A DNA stretch of 64,000 nucleotides. Source: Eledone cirrhosa. Taxonomy: Eukaryota. The notes under the pieces were generated by a model. That model did not search any database. It worked only from the letters and a program-made list of their open reading frames with translations, and was not told where the DNA came from. A program made the translations under genes and the position numbers. Within the stretch, counting starts at the first letter, position 1, and each line of letters begins with the position of its first letter. The stretch lies in assembly GCA_964016885.1 (NCBI GenBank), contig OZ024762.1, forward strand, positions 15,004,001 to 15,068,000, in the 5' to 3' direction. Below, piece by piece: positions 42,959 through 52,872 of the stretch.

Positions 42959-45900
42959 CAATAATGGTCTTAAAGACTAGAACCTTTTATTGATATGATC
43001 ATCGGAAGCAGATGTTAAATGACGACGATGATGATAATGCCCCTTTTTTACTGTAGATTCTGTTCCAGCTAGCTCTCTCTTTGTCCCTTTCTAGCCCTGT
43101 CTTTAGTTCTATCTTTAGTTCTGTCTATCATCTATGTTCCAGCTAGCTCTCTCTCCTTCTCCCCCCCCCCCTCTCTCTCTCTGTAGCTCTATCTCTAGTT
43201 CTCTCTCTCTCTCTCTGTGTCACTCTCTATCTATCTATGAGTGTATCTCACTGTTGTGCCTCCTCCTACTCCTCCTCCCCAGTACCGAGACCGTGCTAAA
43301 GAGAGACGTGAAAAATATGGAGCACCATCCCCACCAGAGCCACGGCGCAAGTTTGAGACTCCCCTTGTGTAAGTTGCCTTTCTATATTTACAAGAATCAA
43401 GCTGGTTTGTTTTCTCCTTCCCCCCCCTTTTTTTTTTCTTCCAAAGAATGCTTTTATACCTGGGTGTTTGTTCTATGGTGTGGTAAGGTAGGGTATGGGA
43501 GAGGAGAGTAGGGCCAGTGATAGGATGAGGTGAAGATAAGGGGGCTCCTTAATTTTGATTTTTGATTTTTTTTTTCCATTGATTTTTAACAGCAAAAACA
43601 ACACCATCGTGAAAATTTGGGTTTCATTCCACATTCCAGAATGTTTTATAAATATGTTTGGATTTTTGGATGAAAGCTCTTCCTTTCTTAATTAATCGTA
43701 GAATATTTTGTTGTTGTTTTTCTTCTTTGCCCACCTATTCCTGGGAAGGTCGGTGTTGTGGTCGAGTTCTCAGACATGCCTTCAAGAGGGTCCTATCCGA
43801 AGCAACTGTCTCCAATCGATGCAGGTTGAATTCCCAAGCGAGACCAACCAAGCTTATCTAACCATCATGCTTGTTATCTACCTCTGGTTCACCTGCTGTT
43901 TGGATTTTCCTGTCTGTGAGATCTGTCTAGTGATTCTTTCCTGAAGAGACAGAGACATTTTAACCACATGTCTGTTGTACCGGAGCTGTGATCTTTTGAT
44001 GTAACAGCTCTATCTGGAGCAACTCCTCAATCTCTGAGCTACACACCCTATCGAGTTACATTACTTCAGAGACCTTTCACAGAAACCTCATTTTGGGCCC
44101 CTTGTAATTTACAAGCATATTCTTTCAGTCAGCTACCCAAGATTCATAAACCTAGGCACCAACAAGGGAGAGAAGAAAAAAGCTTATATATTACTAATAT
44201 GTATGTATGTATGTATGTACATTTAGTGTTGATGAAAGAGATAGTTTAAGGTTGATCCTGTAGCCCGTTACTCTGTTTCCCCTGTGTCTTAAAAGGTTTC
44301 TCAAACTCTACTTAACTCAGTTAAGTACTACCACTACGTACATATCTATAGACATATGTGTGTGCATATATATATATGTATGTATATGTACATATGTATC
44401 TTTATACATGTATACATATGTATGTATGTGTATATATCTGTAGATGTAGATGTACATATGTATCTATATATGTATATGTATGTGTGTATCTATACACGTG
44501 TATGTATATATGTATATGTATGTGTATATGTACATATGTATGTATCTATATACGTGTATGTATATATGTATATGTACATATGTATGTATCTATATACGTG
44601 TATGTATATGTACATATGTATGTATCTATATACGTGTATGTATATATGTATGTGTGTATATGTACATATGTATGTATCTATATACGTGTATGTATATATG
44701 TATATGTATGTGTATATGTACATATGTATGTATCTATATACGTGTATGTATATATGTATATGTATGTGTGTATATGTATGTATCTATATACGTGTATGTG
44801 TATATGTACATGTGTATGTATGTGTGTATATGTACATATGTATGTATCTATATACGTGTATATATGTACATATGTATGTATCTATATACGTTTATGTATA
44901 TGTATGTGTGTATATGTACATATGTATCTATATACGTGTATGTATATGTACGTGTGTATGTATGTGTGTATATGTATGTATCTATATACGTGTATGTATG
45001 TGTGTATATGTACATATGTATGTATATACGTGTGTGTGTACATATGTATCTATATGTGTATGTATGTTGTCTTTCCTGTGTTGTAGCTACGAGGAACCCA
45101 CCAAACAAGGTATCGGCAATGATAACATTGGAAATAAACTACTTCAGAAGATGGGATGGAGTGAGGGACAAGGTCTGGGCAAGAAAGGTCAGGGGATTGT
45201 TGCACCTATCCAGGTAAATACTTAATCCACCTCTTTCTTGCTTTTTTTCTCTTTAACCCTTTAGCATTTAACCAATTACCATTTACATTACTCTATATTT
45301 ACTATTGTATTTTCGTGGTAAATCCTTTACTTCACATAATTATCGAATCTATGAGATTTTGAGATATTATTTATTTTGAAAACAATACCTTAACATCAGT
45401 ATGAGCAACTGGTTACAGCCGGTTTGAACAGAAAGAGGTGAGAGAATTCCGGCTGGATATGGCTGGTTTAACCCTTTAGCATTTACATTACTCTATTTAT
45501 AGTATTGTATTTTCATGGTGAAGGCTTTACCTCACATAATATCGAATCTATGAGATTTTGATATTATTTATTTTGAGAAATAAAGTACCAGTAATACACT
45601 GGATAATTGCTGGCCTTGTGCCAAAAGTAGAAACAATTATTTATTTTGAAAACAATACCTCAACATCAGTATGAGCAGTCAGCTGTGGCTGGTTTGAACA
45701 GAAAGAGGTGAGAGAATTCTAGCCGGATATAGCCAGTTTCAATGCTAAAGGGTTAAACCGGCCATATCCATCCAGAATTCTCTCATCTCTTTCAGTTGTA
45801 ACCAGCTGCTCATACTGATGTTATAGTATTGTTCTCAAAATAAATATCAAAATCTCAGATTTGATATTATGTGAGGTAAAGCCTTTACCACGAAAATGCA

Positions 45901-46952
45901 ATAGTATATATAGAGTCATGTAAATGGTAGAGGGTTAATGTTATTTATCTATGGTGGCAGTAGAACCAGTAGAGCATCGCACGTTTTGTGGCATATAGTT
46001 ACGACACTTTGTTAAATCTTGTTGCGGTTAGTTTTGTCTTTCATCCTTACGGGGTCGATAAAATAAAGTACCTGTTATTACACTGAGGTTGATTTAGTAG
46101 TTTCCCTTTCCCCTCCACCAAAATTGCTGGCTTTGTGCTTAAATCAGAAACAGTTATATATCTATGGTAAATTGTGAGTGTCAGTAGAGCGTAAGACAAC
46201 ATGCTTTGTGGCATATAGTTACGACCCTTTACAGTCTGAGTGCAAATCCTGCTGAGGTTAGCTTTTATGTTTCATCCTTGCGGGGTCGATGAAATAAAGC
46301 ACCAGTCATGCACGGGGGTCAGTTTAATCAACTTTCGCCCTTCCCCAATATTGTTGGCCTACTGGCTAGTTTAGAAATCATTATTATTATTATTGTTGTT
46401 GTTGTTGTTGTTAGGGCGGTAGAGAGAGCGGGAGTGATAGAGAGAAAATGAGAAAGATATGTAGAGGAAGAATTGACCCCCAGTACTCGACTGGTACTTT
46501 CTTTTTATTGACCTTGAAAGGAAGAAAGGCGAAGTGGACCTTGGCAGAACTTGAACCTAGAACGCAGAGAGCCAGAATGAATACCATAAAGCATTCTACA
46601 AGAATGAAGCTGTCAAAGAAAGAATCTATTTATTCCTGGGTGTTTGTTGAGTAATAAGGACAAGTTTGAGGTTCCTCATAGGGACCAGGAGAGAAAGGGA
46701 CAGACTCTGCCATGGCACACTTTGTGTCACTAAGATGCCCTTACAGCTCCTTAGGTCTCTATACATAACGACTCTTTATACTATGTAATAATGGCTTCTT
46801 TGTCGTTTTTTTTCTCTCTCTTCTAGGCCCAGCGGAGGTTGGTGAGTGCAGGGCTCGGTGCCCGGGGTGCCAACATCGTCTTCGATGCCAGCGACTCTTA
46901 CAAGACAGCAGTAAAGAAAACCATGTTTGCACGCTACCATGAACTTGAATAA
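1178..46952 (+). CDS. RBM5: RNA-binding protein 5/10-like splicing regulator, 22 coding exons, about 1156 aa
   Basis: Manual join of 22 GT-AG exons with consistent phases, 3471 nt in total. Domain order RRM1-RanBP2 ZnF-RRM2-OCRE-C2H2-G-patch is diagnostic of RBM5/6/10. The invertebrate gene is likely a co-orthologue of RBM5 and RBM10. Confidence 0.93.
2330..4790. repeat. 48-bp minisatellite, about 50 copies
   Basis: Unit GTTATTAGGGGTGTTGAACTG(C/G)TGATAATAGGGAAGCTGTGAGGCCCA. Confidence 0.95.
5384..5552. mobile_element. pogo/Tigger-like MITE
   Basis: TA|CCGTATTTCCCGG ... CTGGGAAATACGG inverted termini. Confidence 0.55.
5666..5876 (+). CDS. RBM5: RBM5/10 exon 2 (RD/RS-rich)
   Basis: tag|A TCT CAT ... 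TGT GAT|gtaagg; encodes SHRPDRR...[10 protein letters not shown]...EEGFDCD. Confidence 0.88.
6171..6356. repeat. 92-bp-arm inverted repeat (hairpin)
   Basis: Arms 6171-6262 and 6265-6356 with 7 differences. Confidence 0.92.
6440..7165. repeat. 99-bp tandem repeat, about 7 copies
   Basis: 33-aa periodicity in the ORF track; contains the retroposon-tail motif GATGCCCTTCCTAAC. Confidence 0.95.
7390..7539 (+). CDS. RBM5: RBM5/10 exon 3 (start of RRM1)
   Basis: ttacag|AGC ... GAT|gtaagt; encodes ...[19 protein letters not shown] (RNP2). Confidence 0.9.
8666..8732 (+). CDS. RBM5: RBM5/10 exon 4 (RRM1)
   Basis: tgtag|ATT ... TCC G|gtgagt; encodes [23 protein letters not shown]. Confidence 0.9.
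10636..10920. repeat. 33-bp degenerate minisatellite
   Basis: Units of GGGAATCACTGCAGTT...CCCAGGTT/CTAGGCT. Confidence 0.85.
11178..11403 (+). mobile_element. abundant tRNA-like SINE family 2, representative copy
   Basis: GGCGGTGGGTTG...GAGTTCAAAT...CTTTGCCTTTCATCC...GTCGATAAAATAAGTACCAGT...GGCCTTGTGCC...(ATT)n. Other copies at about 15205-15600, 16455-16680, 21485-21650, 41400-41670 and 58960-59110 (-). Confidence 0.8.
11550..12260. repeat. about 28-bp minisatellite interrupted by a SINE fragment
   Basis: ATTTGATCCTGTAGTTTAAAATGTTGGT units; SINE piece at about 11680-11790. Confidence 0.85.
12400..12645 (+). mobile_element. fragment of a second RTE family (3' end of ORF)
   Basis: Decayed [37 protein letters not shown]. 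Related fragments at about 43725-44090 (-) and 63375-63570 (+). Confidence 0.7.
13250..13545 (+). mobile_element. tRNA-headed SINE (related core, different tail); relative at 38115-38380
   Basis: A/B boxes followed by the ttcacgctgctccagtccactcagc core. Confidence 0.7.
13828..13901 (+). CDS. RBM5: RBM5/10 exon 5 (74 nt, RRM1 RNP1)
   Basis: cgcag|GT GCA ... CAG|gtctta; encodes [25 protein letters not shown]. Both splice sites are weak. Confidence 0.9.
15810..16400. repeat. 59/72-bp tandem repeat amplified inside a MITE
   Basis: The unit equals the MITE subterminal segment. Confidence 0.9.
18190..20400. repeat. 32-bp minisatellite, about 70 copies
   Basis: Unit GACATTAACCCTGTCACAGTGTCATCTGTAGT. 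Confidence 0.95.
21649..23160. repeat. 95-bp tandem repeat, about 16 copies
   Basis: AGTTGTGAC recurs at 21651, 21746, 21841, 21936 and onward. Confidence 0.95.
23450..26960. repeat. compound satellite: fixed TATACATACCACCAATGATATCCAC plus variable (CA)n, roughly 85 units
   Basis: Direct inspection; source of the many spurious ORFs here. Confidence 0.95.
27666..27767 (+). CDS. RBM5: RBM5/10 exon 6 (end of RRM1, start of RanBP2 ZnF)
   Basis: tccag|GGT ... AAG|gtaagc; encodes [19 protein letters not shown]...DWVCTK. Confidence 0.92.
28462..28522 (+). CDS. RBM5: RBM5/10 exon 7 (RanBP2 zinc finger)
   Basis: tttcag|TGT ... GAA G|gtaagt; encodes [20 protein letters not shown]. Confidence 0.92.
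28635..29030. repeat. about 114-bp degenerate tandem repeat, 3.5 copies
   Basis: Recurring ATCCTGTAATGAT...GGTTTGTTAATTCAAAT. Confidence 0.8.
29295..29354 (+). CDS. RBM5: RBM5/10 exon 8
   Basis: ttcag|AA TCA ... AAC A|gtaagt; encodes [20 protein letters not shown]. Confidence 0.88.
29565..29829 (+). CDS. RBM5: RBM5/10 exon 9 (RRM2)
   Basis: ttgcag|CT TTG ... ACA GT|gtacgt; encodes LIFRGLD...[10 protein letters not shown]...[11 protein letters not shown]. Confidence 0.92.
30557..30605 (+). CDS. RBM5: RBM5/10 exon 10
   Basis: ccacag|G ATG ... ATG|gtgagt; encodes [16 protein letters not shown]; phases fit both neighbours. Confidence 0.82.
30735..31152. repeat. 56-bp tandem repeat, about 7 copies
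   Basis: Unit GGTGAGAGAGACAAATATCTTTTCATGGAGGGATTTTATCCTAAAATATAGTTGGA. Confidence 0.92.
31252..31402 (+). CDS. RBM5: RBM5/10 exon 11 (Tyr/Gln-rich)
   Basis: catcag|CGT ... CAA G|gtatta; encodes [19 protein letters not shown]... Confidence 0.85.
31668..33434 (+). mobile_element. 5'-truncated RTE-clade non-LTR retrotransposon (RT, PHD-like finger, C-terminus, 3' UTR, (GAT)n tail)
   Basis: RT motifs [39 protein letters not shown]; RTE C-terminus LHGSETW...[10 protein letters not shown]...GRPKMTW. One frameshift near 32300. 5' end abuts (TA)n. Confidence 0.93.
33435..33826 (+). mobile_element. tRNA-headed SINE with RTE-derived 3' tail
   Basis: A box TGGCTTAGTGG, B-box-like GAGTTCAATTC, core TCCTTGAGCAAGGCACTTT, tail matching the adjacent LINE 3' UTR, (GAT)n end. 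Confidence 0.85.
34141..34232 (+). CDS. RBM5: RBM5/10 exon 12
   Basis: gtgcag|CT GAT ... CAG|gtaatg; encodes [23 protein letters not shown]... Confidence 0.9.
34706..35033 (+). CDS. RBM5: RBM5/10 exon 13
   Basis: ttaaag|GTG CAA ... TAT C|gtaagt; encodes VQEQQKL...EEYPKY. Confidence 0.88.
35070..35335 (+). repeat. about 40-bp degenerate tandem repeat of the intron 13/exon 14 junction
   Basis: About 6 copies of TTTTCTGTCCAG-CTTCACCAGATGTG. Confidence 0.85.
35315..35406 (+). CDS. RBM5: RBM5/10 exon 14 (OCRE domain)
   Basis: gtccag|CT TCA ... CAG|gtatga; encodes [31 protein letters not shown]. Confidence 0.93.
35568..35744 (+). CDS. RBM5: RBM5/10 exon 15 (OCRE end, KEKK region)
   Basis: ttccag|TAT ... 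AAG|gtaaac; encodes [24 protein letters not shown]...KIAKKIAK. Confidence 0.93.
36440..36945. repeat. 72-bp tandem repeat, 7 copies, amplified inside a reversed MITE
   Basis: 24-aa periodicity in the ORF track; reverse complement of the MITE subterminal segment. Confidence 0.92.
37041..37208 (+). CDS. RBM5: RBM5/10 exon 16
   Basis: ttgtag|GAC ... ACG|gtaagc; encodes [10 protein letters not shown]...[15 protein letters not shown]. Confidence 0.93.
37255..37950. repeat. 48/45-bp tandem repeat, about 14 copies
   Basis: Unit GCCACAATAAAAAGCTCCCAGTCCACCATGTAAGGCTGCACTGTTTGT. Confidence 0.93.
38999..39052 (+). CDS. RBM5: RBM5/10 exon 17
   Basis: ttgcag|AGT ... ATG|gtaagt; encodes [18 protein letters not shown]; symmetric phase-0 exon. 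Confidence 0.8.
39462..39743 (+). CDS. RBM5: RBM5/10 exon 18 (C2H2 zinc finger)
   Basis: cttcag|ACC ... AAG|gtaagt; encodes [10 protein letters not shown]...[31 protein letters not shown]. Confidence 0.94.
40230..40267 (-). ncRNA. minimal type I hammerhead motif, antisense in RBM5/10 intron 18
   Basis: Minus strand CGAG-CTGAGGA-tCC(gctaa)GGt-GAAA-CAATTG-TT^-CTCG, with palindromic stem III. Confidence 0.6.
41120..41185 (+). CDS. RBM5: RBM5/10 exon 19
   Basis: tttcag|CAA ... CCG|gtagga; encodes [22 protein letters not shown]. Confidence 0.85.
41948..42153 (+). mobile_element. SINE family 2 copy
   Basis: Same head, core and tail as 11178-11403. Confidence 0.8.
43283..43368 (+). CDS. RBM5: RBM5/10 exon 20
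   Basis: ccccag|TAC ... CTT GT|gtaagt; encodes [20 protein letters not shown]... Confidence 0.92.
44340..45065. repeat. alternating purine-pyrimidine (TA/TG) compound microsatellite
   Basis: Direct inspection. Confidence 0.9.
45087..45213 (+). CDS. RBM5: RBM5/10 exon 21 (G-patch)
   Basis: ttgtag|C TAC ... CAG|gtaaat; encodes [30 protein letters not shown]. Confidence 0.95.
45253..45938. mobile_element. three joined piggyBac-like MITE copies (two reverse, one forward)
   Basis: Junctions at TTAA sites 45468-45471 and 45753-45756. Confidence 0.75.
45952..46390 (+). mobile_element. two tandem SINE family 2 copies
   Basis: The core tcatccttacggggtcgataaaataaagtacc occurs twice. Confidence 0.75.
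46827..46952 (+). CDS. RBM5: RBM5/10 exon 22 (terminal)
   Basis: ttctag|GCC ... GAA TAA; encodes [14 protein letters not shown]...[18 protein letters not shown]. Confidence 0.93.
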   Translation, partial: AQRRLVSAGLGARGANIVFDASDSYKTAVKKTMFARYHELE

Positions 46953-47042
46953 ACTTACCACAAAAACAGCTCAAATACACCTCAGTGACGATGATTTCTT
47001 CTGTGAGCTATGCTCACCCATTACTATTGTACATAGTTTGCT

Positions 47043-47095
<53 letters not shown>

Positions 47096-47104
47096 TTAAA
47101 TTTG

Positions 47105-47138
<34 letters not shown>

Positions 47139-47760
47139 CATACACATAAATATGTATGTAAATATACACATAAATATGTATATAAATATATATACATGTA
47201 TATATTCTTCCCCACCACCACTAATAACAATATCTGCTCACCGCCACCACCTCCAACACTTTTTTTCTCTCCTCTTGCTCTCATGCGCCCCCCTTCTCTC
47301 TCTCTTTGTCTGTGTGTCCTTTGCTCTCACACTCAGTTTATCATTCCAGATAATGGAAAAGACATTTTTTGTTGTTTCATTTTTTTTTTTTGAAGGATTA
47401 ATCTCCCTTTAATCATCTCCATAACCATCATTTAACCATCATTATTAAGTCATCATTCTTAAGCCATCATTTCATTAAACAAACAAGAGAGATTGTTCAA
47501 AACAAACAAGTGTCAGAAAATTTAAAAGAGACAAAAAAATTATTAAAAATAAAATTTTTTGAAAAAAAAAATATTTGCTGGTTTTTGTTTTTATTTTGTA
47601 TACGTATATAACAATGTATGTTTTTCTTGTCTCTCCATTTTTATATATATATATATATATAAATGAAGTATTTCCGTAGGAAAGGTAAAGGAAAAGAGTG
47701 CTCTATGTAGGCTACAGAGCTTTTTAGTTATGTAATAAGCAACAAGATAATTAATTAAAT

Positions 47761-47784
47761 AATAAATTTATTCTGATGAATAAA
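47761..47784 (+). promoter_or_regulatory. candidate polyadenylation signals of the RBM5/10 gene
   Basis: AATAAA at 47761-47766 and 47779-47784 at the end of the unique AT-rich 3' UTR-like sequence. AATAAA is common in this base composition, so support is weak. Confidence 0.4.
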
Positions 47785-48540
47785 GACAGACATAAGTGTC
47801 AAGCTCTTCAAGAAACCATTGGTAAATGAATTAAACGGCTTGAGCTCTGCCGTCGGGGTTAAACATTTTCCTATTACCCACTCTACTACCCTAAGTATTG
47901 AGTACTCTGGTGCGTCATGGTCCATCTGGTTCCTTACGACACTTCCTTTGTTATATATATATACAGTGAAGTCCCATTATAACGAAATTCACAGGGTATA
48001 AAATAAAATTCATTGTAAAACAGATTGAAAAAGATTTTGTTAGAAAGGTATTCATTATAACGAATTTTACCTGTGTATATATATATATATACTTATGTGA
48101 GTCCCGGGTTCAATCAGGGGTAACCACAGTAAGTGAAGTACTCAATACATTAGTAGAGTATATACAAAATTTAATATAGAAACGGCTTCTACAAGACTAG
48201 AACTGTTTCATTTGTAAGAAATCATCAGGAAAGCTGGCTTCCTTGGTGATTTCTTATGAATAGTTTAAGGAAACAACAAACAGGTACAAAAAGTCTTATT
48301 AGTTTCAGGCTTTATATGTAAAAGGGGAAAGAAAGTTTGACATGTTGGGCTTTAGCCCTCCTTCAGGAATACAAAATTGCTGATAGGATCACAAAGGATA
48401 TATATATATATATACATATAATAAAAAAGGATATATCACAAAGGATATATATATATACATACATATAATAAAAAACTTAGCAAAAATTAACAGAGAAGAC
48501 ACGACAACTAATGAAAACATGGTGAATATATTTATTGTAC

Positions 48541-48740
48541 TTAACCCTTTAGCATTTACATTACTCTATATATACTATCGTATTTTCATGGAAAATTTAT
48601 CTCACAATATCAAATCTACGAGATGTTGATGTTATTTATTTTAAGAACAATACTTTAACATCAGTTGAGTGGCCAGATACAGCCTGATTGAACAGAAAGA
48701 GGTAAGAGAATTTTGGCTGGCTTCAATGCTAGAGGGTTAA
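48541..48740. mobile_element. piggyBac-like MITE (TTAA|CCCTTTAGCATT ... AATGCTAGAGGG|TTAA), representative copy
   Basis: TIRs flanked by TTAA. Further copies at 5098-5313, 9291-9517, 9690-9892, 15673-16408, 17142-17352, 27855-28405, 36440-36990, 42703-42862 and 45253-45938. Confidence 0.8.
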
Positions 48741-49734
48741 GTATAAAATTAAATAAACTGCAAAATAAAATGTGTTGGTGCAAGTTTGTAGCATTCGCAT
48801 GTCAGTAAAGTATTTATATATTTTCAATATAAAACCAACTACATTACATAGTCTACCTGGTGCATTTTCTACCACTACCATTTTACAGAGTATACTGGGT
48901 GTATTTTATCCTGACACTACCATTTTACAGAGTGTACTGGGTGTATTTTATCTTGGCACTATCACTACCATTTTTACAGAGTATACTGGGTGTATTTTAT
49001 CCTGACACTGCCACTACCATTTTACAGAGTGTACTGGGTGTATTTTATCCTGGCACAGAGCCAGAAAGAATACTGCAGAGCATTCAAGATATATCATCAT
49101 CCTTGCTAGCAAGGGCTGAACAGGTCTAAGAACAAGCAAGTCACTACAGAAGTGGGGCTACTGACTTCCCAGACAGATCAAGGGGTCTGTATTTTGCTTA
49201 AGTAGAGTCATACATTCTATCCAGTGTAGTGTAGTTTTAGTGTCTTTTGACACAAAATGTAGGGTCCTGGATACTTTTATTGTGTAGATCACCAGCACTA
49301 GGGAGGTAGTCATGTCCTTGACACAACTAAAGGGTCCTCCCAAGCTTTCTACAATTGGATGCCCTTCCTCACACCAACCACTTCACAGCGTGTACTGGGT
49401 GTGTTTATCATTAGGGAAGTTATGTCCTTGATCTGACTGAAGGGTCCTTCTGACCCCTTGTGTGACAAGCTTCTATTGTTGGATGCCCTTCCTATCACTA
49501 ACCACTCCACAGCATCTACTGAGTGCGTTTATCATGTAGGTTATCAGCACTAGGGAGGTTCGATCTGACTGAAGGGTCCTTCCGACCCCTTGTGTGACAA
49601 GCTTCTATGGTTGGGTGCTCTTCCTATCACCAATAAAACATGGGATGGTCACTTATGGAACATCTTTGATAATAAGTCTGTTGGTTTGGAGATGACCTGG
49701 AATGAAAAAGCCACTACCAACACCCGGACAATAC

Positions 49735-50005
49735 ACCATAACTATCATCATACCACCACCACCACCATCATACCATCACCACCAACACTACCATCACCAC
49801 ACCCACCACCAACAACACTACCATATGTAACATCAACACCACCACCACCAACACTACCATCACCACACCCACCAACACTACCATCACCACACCCACCAAC
49901 ACTACCGTCACCACCACCAACACTACCATATGTAACATCACCACCACCACCACCACCAACACTACCATCACCACCACCAACACTACCATCACCACCACCA
50001 CCATA
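49735..50005. repeat. (CAC)n-based low-complexity repeat
   Basis: Direct inspection. Confidence 0.85.
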
Positions 50006-50024
50006 ATTATTAGCAATAAACTTA

Positions 50025-50062
<38 letters not shown>

Positions 50063-50086
50063 GTTTGTATCTCTCTCTCTCATATA

Positions 50087-50159
50087 CAGGGTGTCCCAAA
50101 ATATGTATACACTTCAACAGCATTCTAAGAAACGTGTATACATTTTTGGGGACACCCGG
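50087..50159. mobile_element. Tc1/mariner-type MITE (CAGGGTGTCCCA TIR)
   Basis: Palindromic and in TA context; copies at 50609-50714 and 14143-14248. Confidence 0.65.
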
Positions 50160-50577
50160 TGTATATATATATGTGTGTGTGTGTGTGTGTTTAACCATGG
50201 CACCTAGATATCTGTGTGTATATATATATATATATATACAATATATTAATAAATAGAAGCTATATTTATAAAACCATAATTATTTTATTATATATATTTC
50301 AAGGGCAACCAAGGTAGATTATGGTGCGCTTTCATCAGATAAAATAAATAAATATTTATTTATAAAACAAATTTGTATTTTATCTAATGAAAGCGCACCT
50401 TTATCTACATTGGTTGCCCTTGAAATATATATAATAAAAATAATTATGGTTTTATAAATATAGCTTCCATTTATTAATAATATATTGTATATTTACTCCA
50501 CTAAACTGTTGAGTGCTTTATATCAGTTATAAAAATGTTTAAGCTTGTTGAATCCCAACAAATTAAATATAACCTCT

Positions 50578-50610
<33 letters not shown>

Positions 50611-50825
50611 GGGTGTCCCAGAAAATGTATACATACTTCAAGACCATTCTAATACTAATAAATATTGCCAGTACAGGTAATCAAAATATGTATACATTTT
50701 TGGGGGACACCCTGTATATATATATATATATATTTAAAGGTTAAACAAGGTTCAATGAATAAATCAAAGAATAAGTTTTACAATAGATTGGAAGCACTCC
50801 ACAGCTATGGTTTTCCGGAATTATT

Positions 50826-51163
50826 AATATTAATTCAAAATATTAACAAAAATAGATATTCGTGTGATCAAGTATATTTTATTATACATATTTCAGAGGT
50901 ACTGAGCTATCTTCAACAGTACGTCCTCATCAGATAAAATAAGATGATGCATGACATACCCTGACTTAGTAGATGGTTAAGATTCAGTCATGGCAGTATG
51001 ACTGAATCTTAACCATCTACTAAGTCAGGGTATGTCGTGCATCATTTTATTTTATCTGATGAGGACGTACTGTTGAACTTAACTCAGTACCTCTGAAATA
51101 TGTATAATAAAATATACTTGATCACAGGAATATCTATTTTTGTTAATATTTTGAATTAATATA
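50826..51163. repeat. about 165-bp-arm palindrome of a hammerhead-bearing element
   Basis: Arms mirror around GGCAGT at about 50992-50997. Confidence 0.9.
51048..51114 (+). ncRNA. minimal hammerhead motif, family B (mirror copy at 50875-50941, minus strand)
   Basis: TATTTTAT-CTGATGA-GGAcGTACTG...CAGTACcTCT-GAAA-TATGTA-TA^-ATAAAATA. Confidence 0.62.
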
Positions 51164-51582
51164 TATATAAGCTTCGATTTTACTAAGCTTCCACTTATAT
51201 ATATATATATAAAGGTATTTATTTACGCTTTAATTTATATTTTTAATTATCGTGTCTATAGTCTGCCTTTCATAGGTTATAGATTCCATACACTGGTGGT
51301 TTTTCCCCTGTATTATTGATAACGCACTATATATCTCTCTCTGGTGTGTTACCTTCTCAACATATTATATTTTAAAAGGCTCAGGATCTCTTCCCCTTTG
51401 AGCACATTATTTACAGGGAATAACGACGGCCTATGCCTCCGTTAATTTATCGTGATATATATATATATATATATATATAAGTGGAAGCTTAGTAAAATCG
51501 AAGCTTTGGCTGTGGCCAAGCAAAGTCGACCTACAATAGGAATGAGTAGCAAAGCACTCAATAAGGGTAGGTCCCTAGAGTA

Positions 51583-51778
51583 ATAACTGTTTCTACTTTT
51601 GGCACAAGGCCAGCAATTAATCCAGTGTATTACTGGTACTTTATTTTATCGACCCCGTAAGGATGAAAGGCAAAGTTAACCTCGGCGGGATTTGAACTCA
51701 GATCATAAAGGGCCGTAACTCTATGCTGCAAAGCATGGCGTCCGACTCGCTACCGATACTGCCAATCCACCGTCCTTA
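51583..51778 (-). mobile_element. SINE family 2 copy
   Basis: Reverse complement of the family sequence; another minus copy at 63057-63226. Confidence 0.8.
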
Positions 51779-51838
51779 GAGTAATAACATACGTTTAAAT
51801 AGCTTGACAAATTGAAAATTGCGTTAGGCAAAAAAAAA

Positions 51839-51870
<32 letters not shown>

Positions 51871-52109
51871 ATACATATGTATATATATGTGTGTAGTATA
51901 AGTAACCATGTGTTTGGGCGGCGGTGGTGGTGAAGGAGGGGGAGGGGAAAGTCTTGTGTCTGTGAGACGCCAGCCGCCAAATGTTGTAGTTGGTGCAGTG
52001 AGAGCTGCAGCAGAACCAATCTGCTGCACCAGATTTGCACCATTCTGCACATCAGCGACACCAGCTGTATATCTATACCCTATTGTGTGTGCTGGCATTG
52101 TCTTCTGTA

Positions 52110-52705
52110 TACAGCAACAACAACAACAACAACAACAACTACTACTGCAGCAGCATTGACGGCGACAGCATCAATAGCACTAACAGTAATAACAGCAGCA
52201 GCAATAACAATAACAGTAATAACAGCAGCAGCAATAACAACAACAGCAGTGGCAATAATAACAACAACAGCAGCAATAAAAACAGCAACAACAACAATAA
52301 CAACAACAACAACAACAACAACAACAATAGTAGTAGCAATAACAATAACAACGACAACAATAACAACAACAACAACGATAGCAACAGCAGCAGCAGCAAC
52401 AACAACAGCAGCAGCAATAGCAACAACAGCAATAACAGAGCAACAACAACAACAACAATAGCAGCAATGATTACAACAACAATAGTAGCAATAACAACAA
52501 CAACAATAGCAGCAATGATAACAACAATAGCAGCAATAACAACAACAACAATAGCAGCAATAACAACAACAGCGACAATAAGAAAAGTAGTAACAATAGC
52601 AGCGACAACAACAACAACAGAAACGACAATAGCATCAACAACTGCAACAATAATAACAACAACAGCGACAGTAACAACAACAACAACGACAACAACAACA
52701 ACGTT
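52110..52705. repeat. (AAC/AGC/AAT)n compound trinucleotide repeat
   Basis: Direct inspection. Confidence 0.9.
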
Positions 52706-52834
52706 GACAGACATACAAAGTACAAAACAATAGAAAACCCTTACACGGTCGCTCGGCTCTGCCTGCTAGAAATAGCAGTCAAAGCTCCACCCAAACATTA
52801 GACAATAATATATATCGTAGAAGTCACGTCTATA

Positions 52835-52872
<38 letters not shown>

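Noticed and set aside
44356-45225. 289-aa ORF ending in a G-patch
   Set aside because: The upstream part is a TA/TG microsatellite; the real exon starts at 45087.
52035-52733. Poly-Asn/Thr or poly-Leu/Val ORFs
   Set aside because: Trinucleotide microsatellite open in several frames on both strands, with no splice or domain support.
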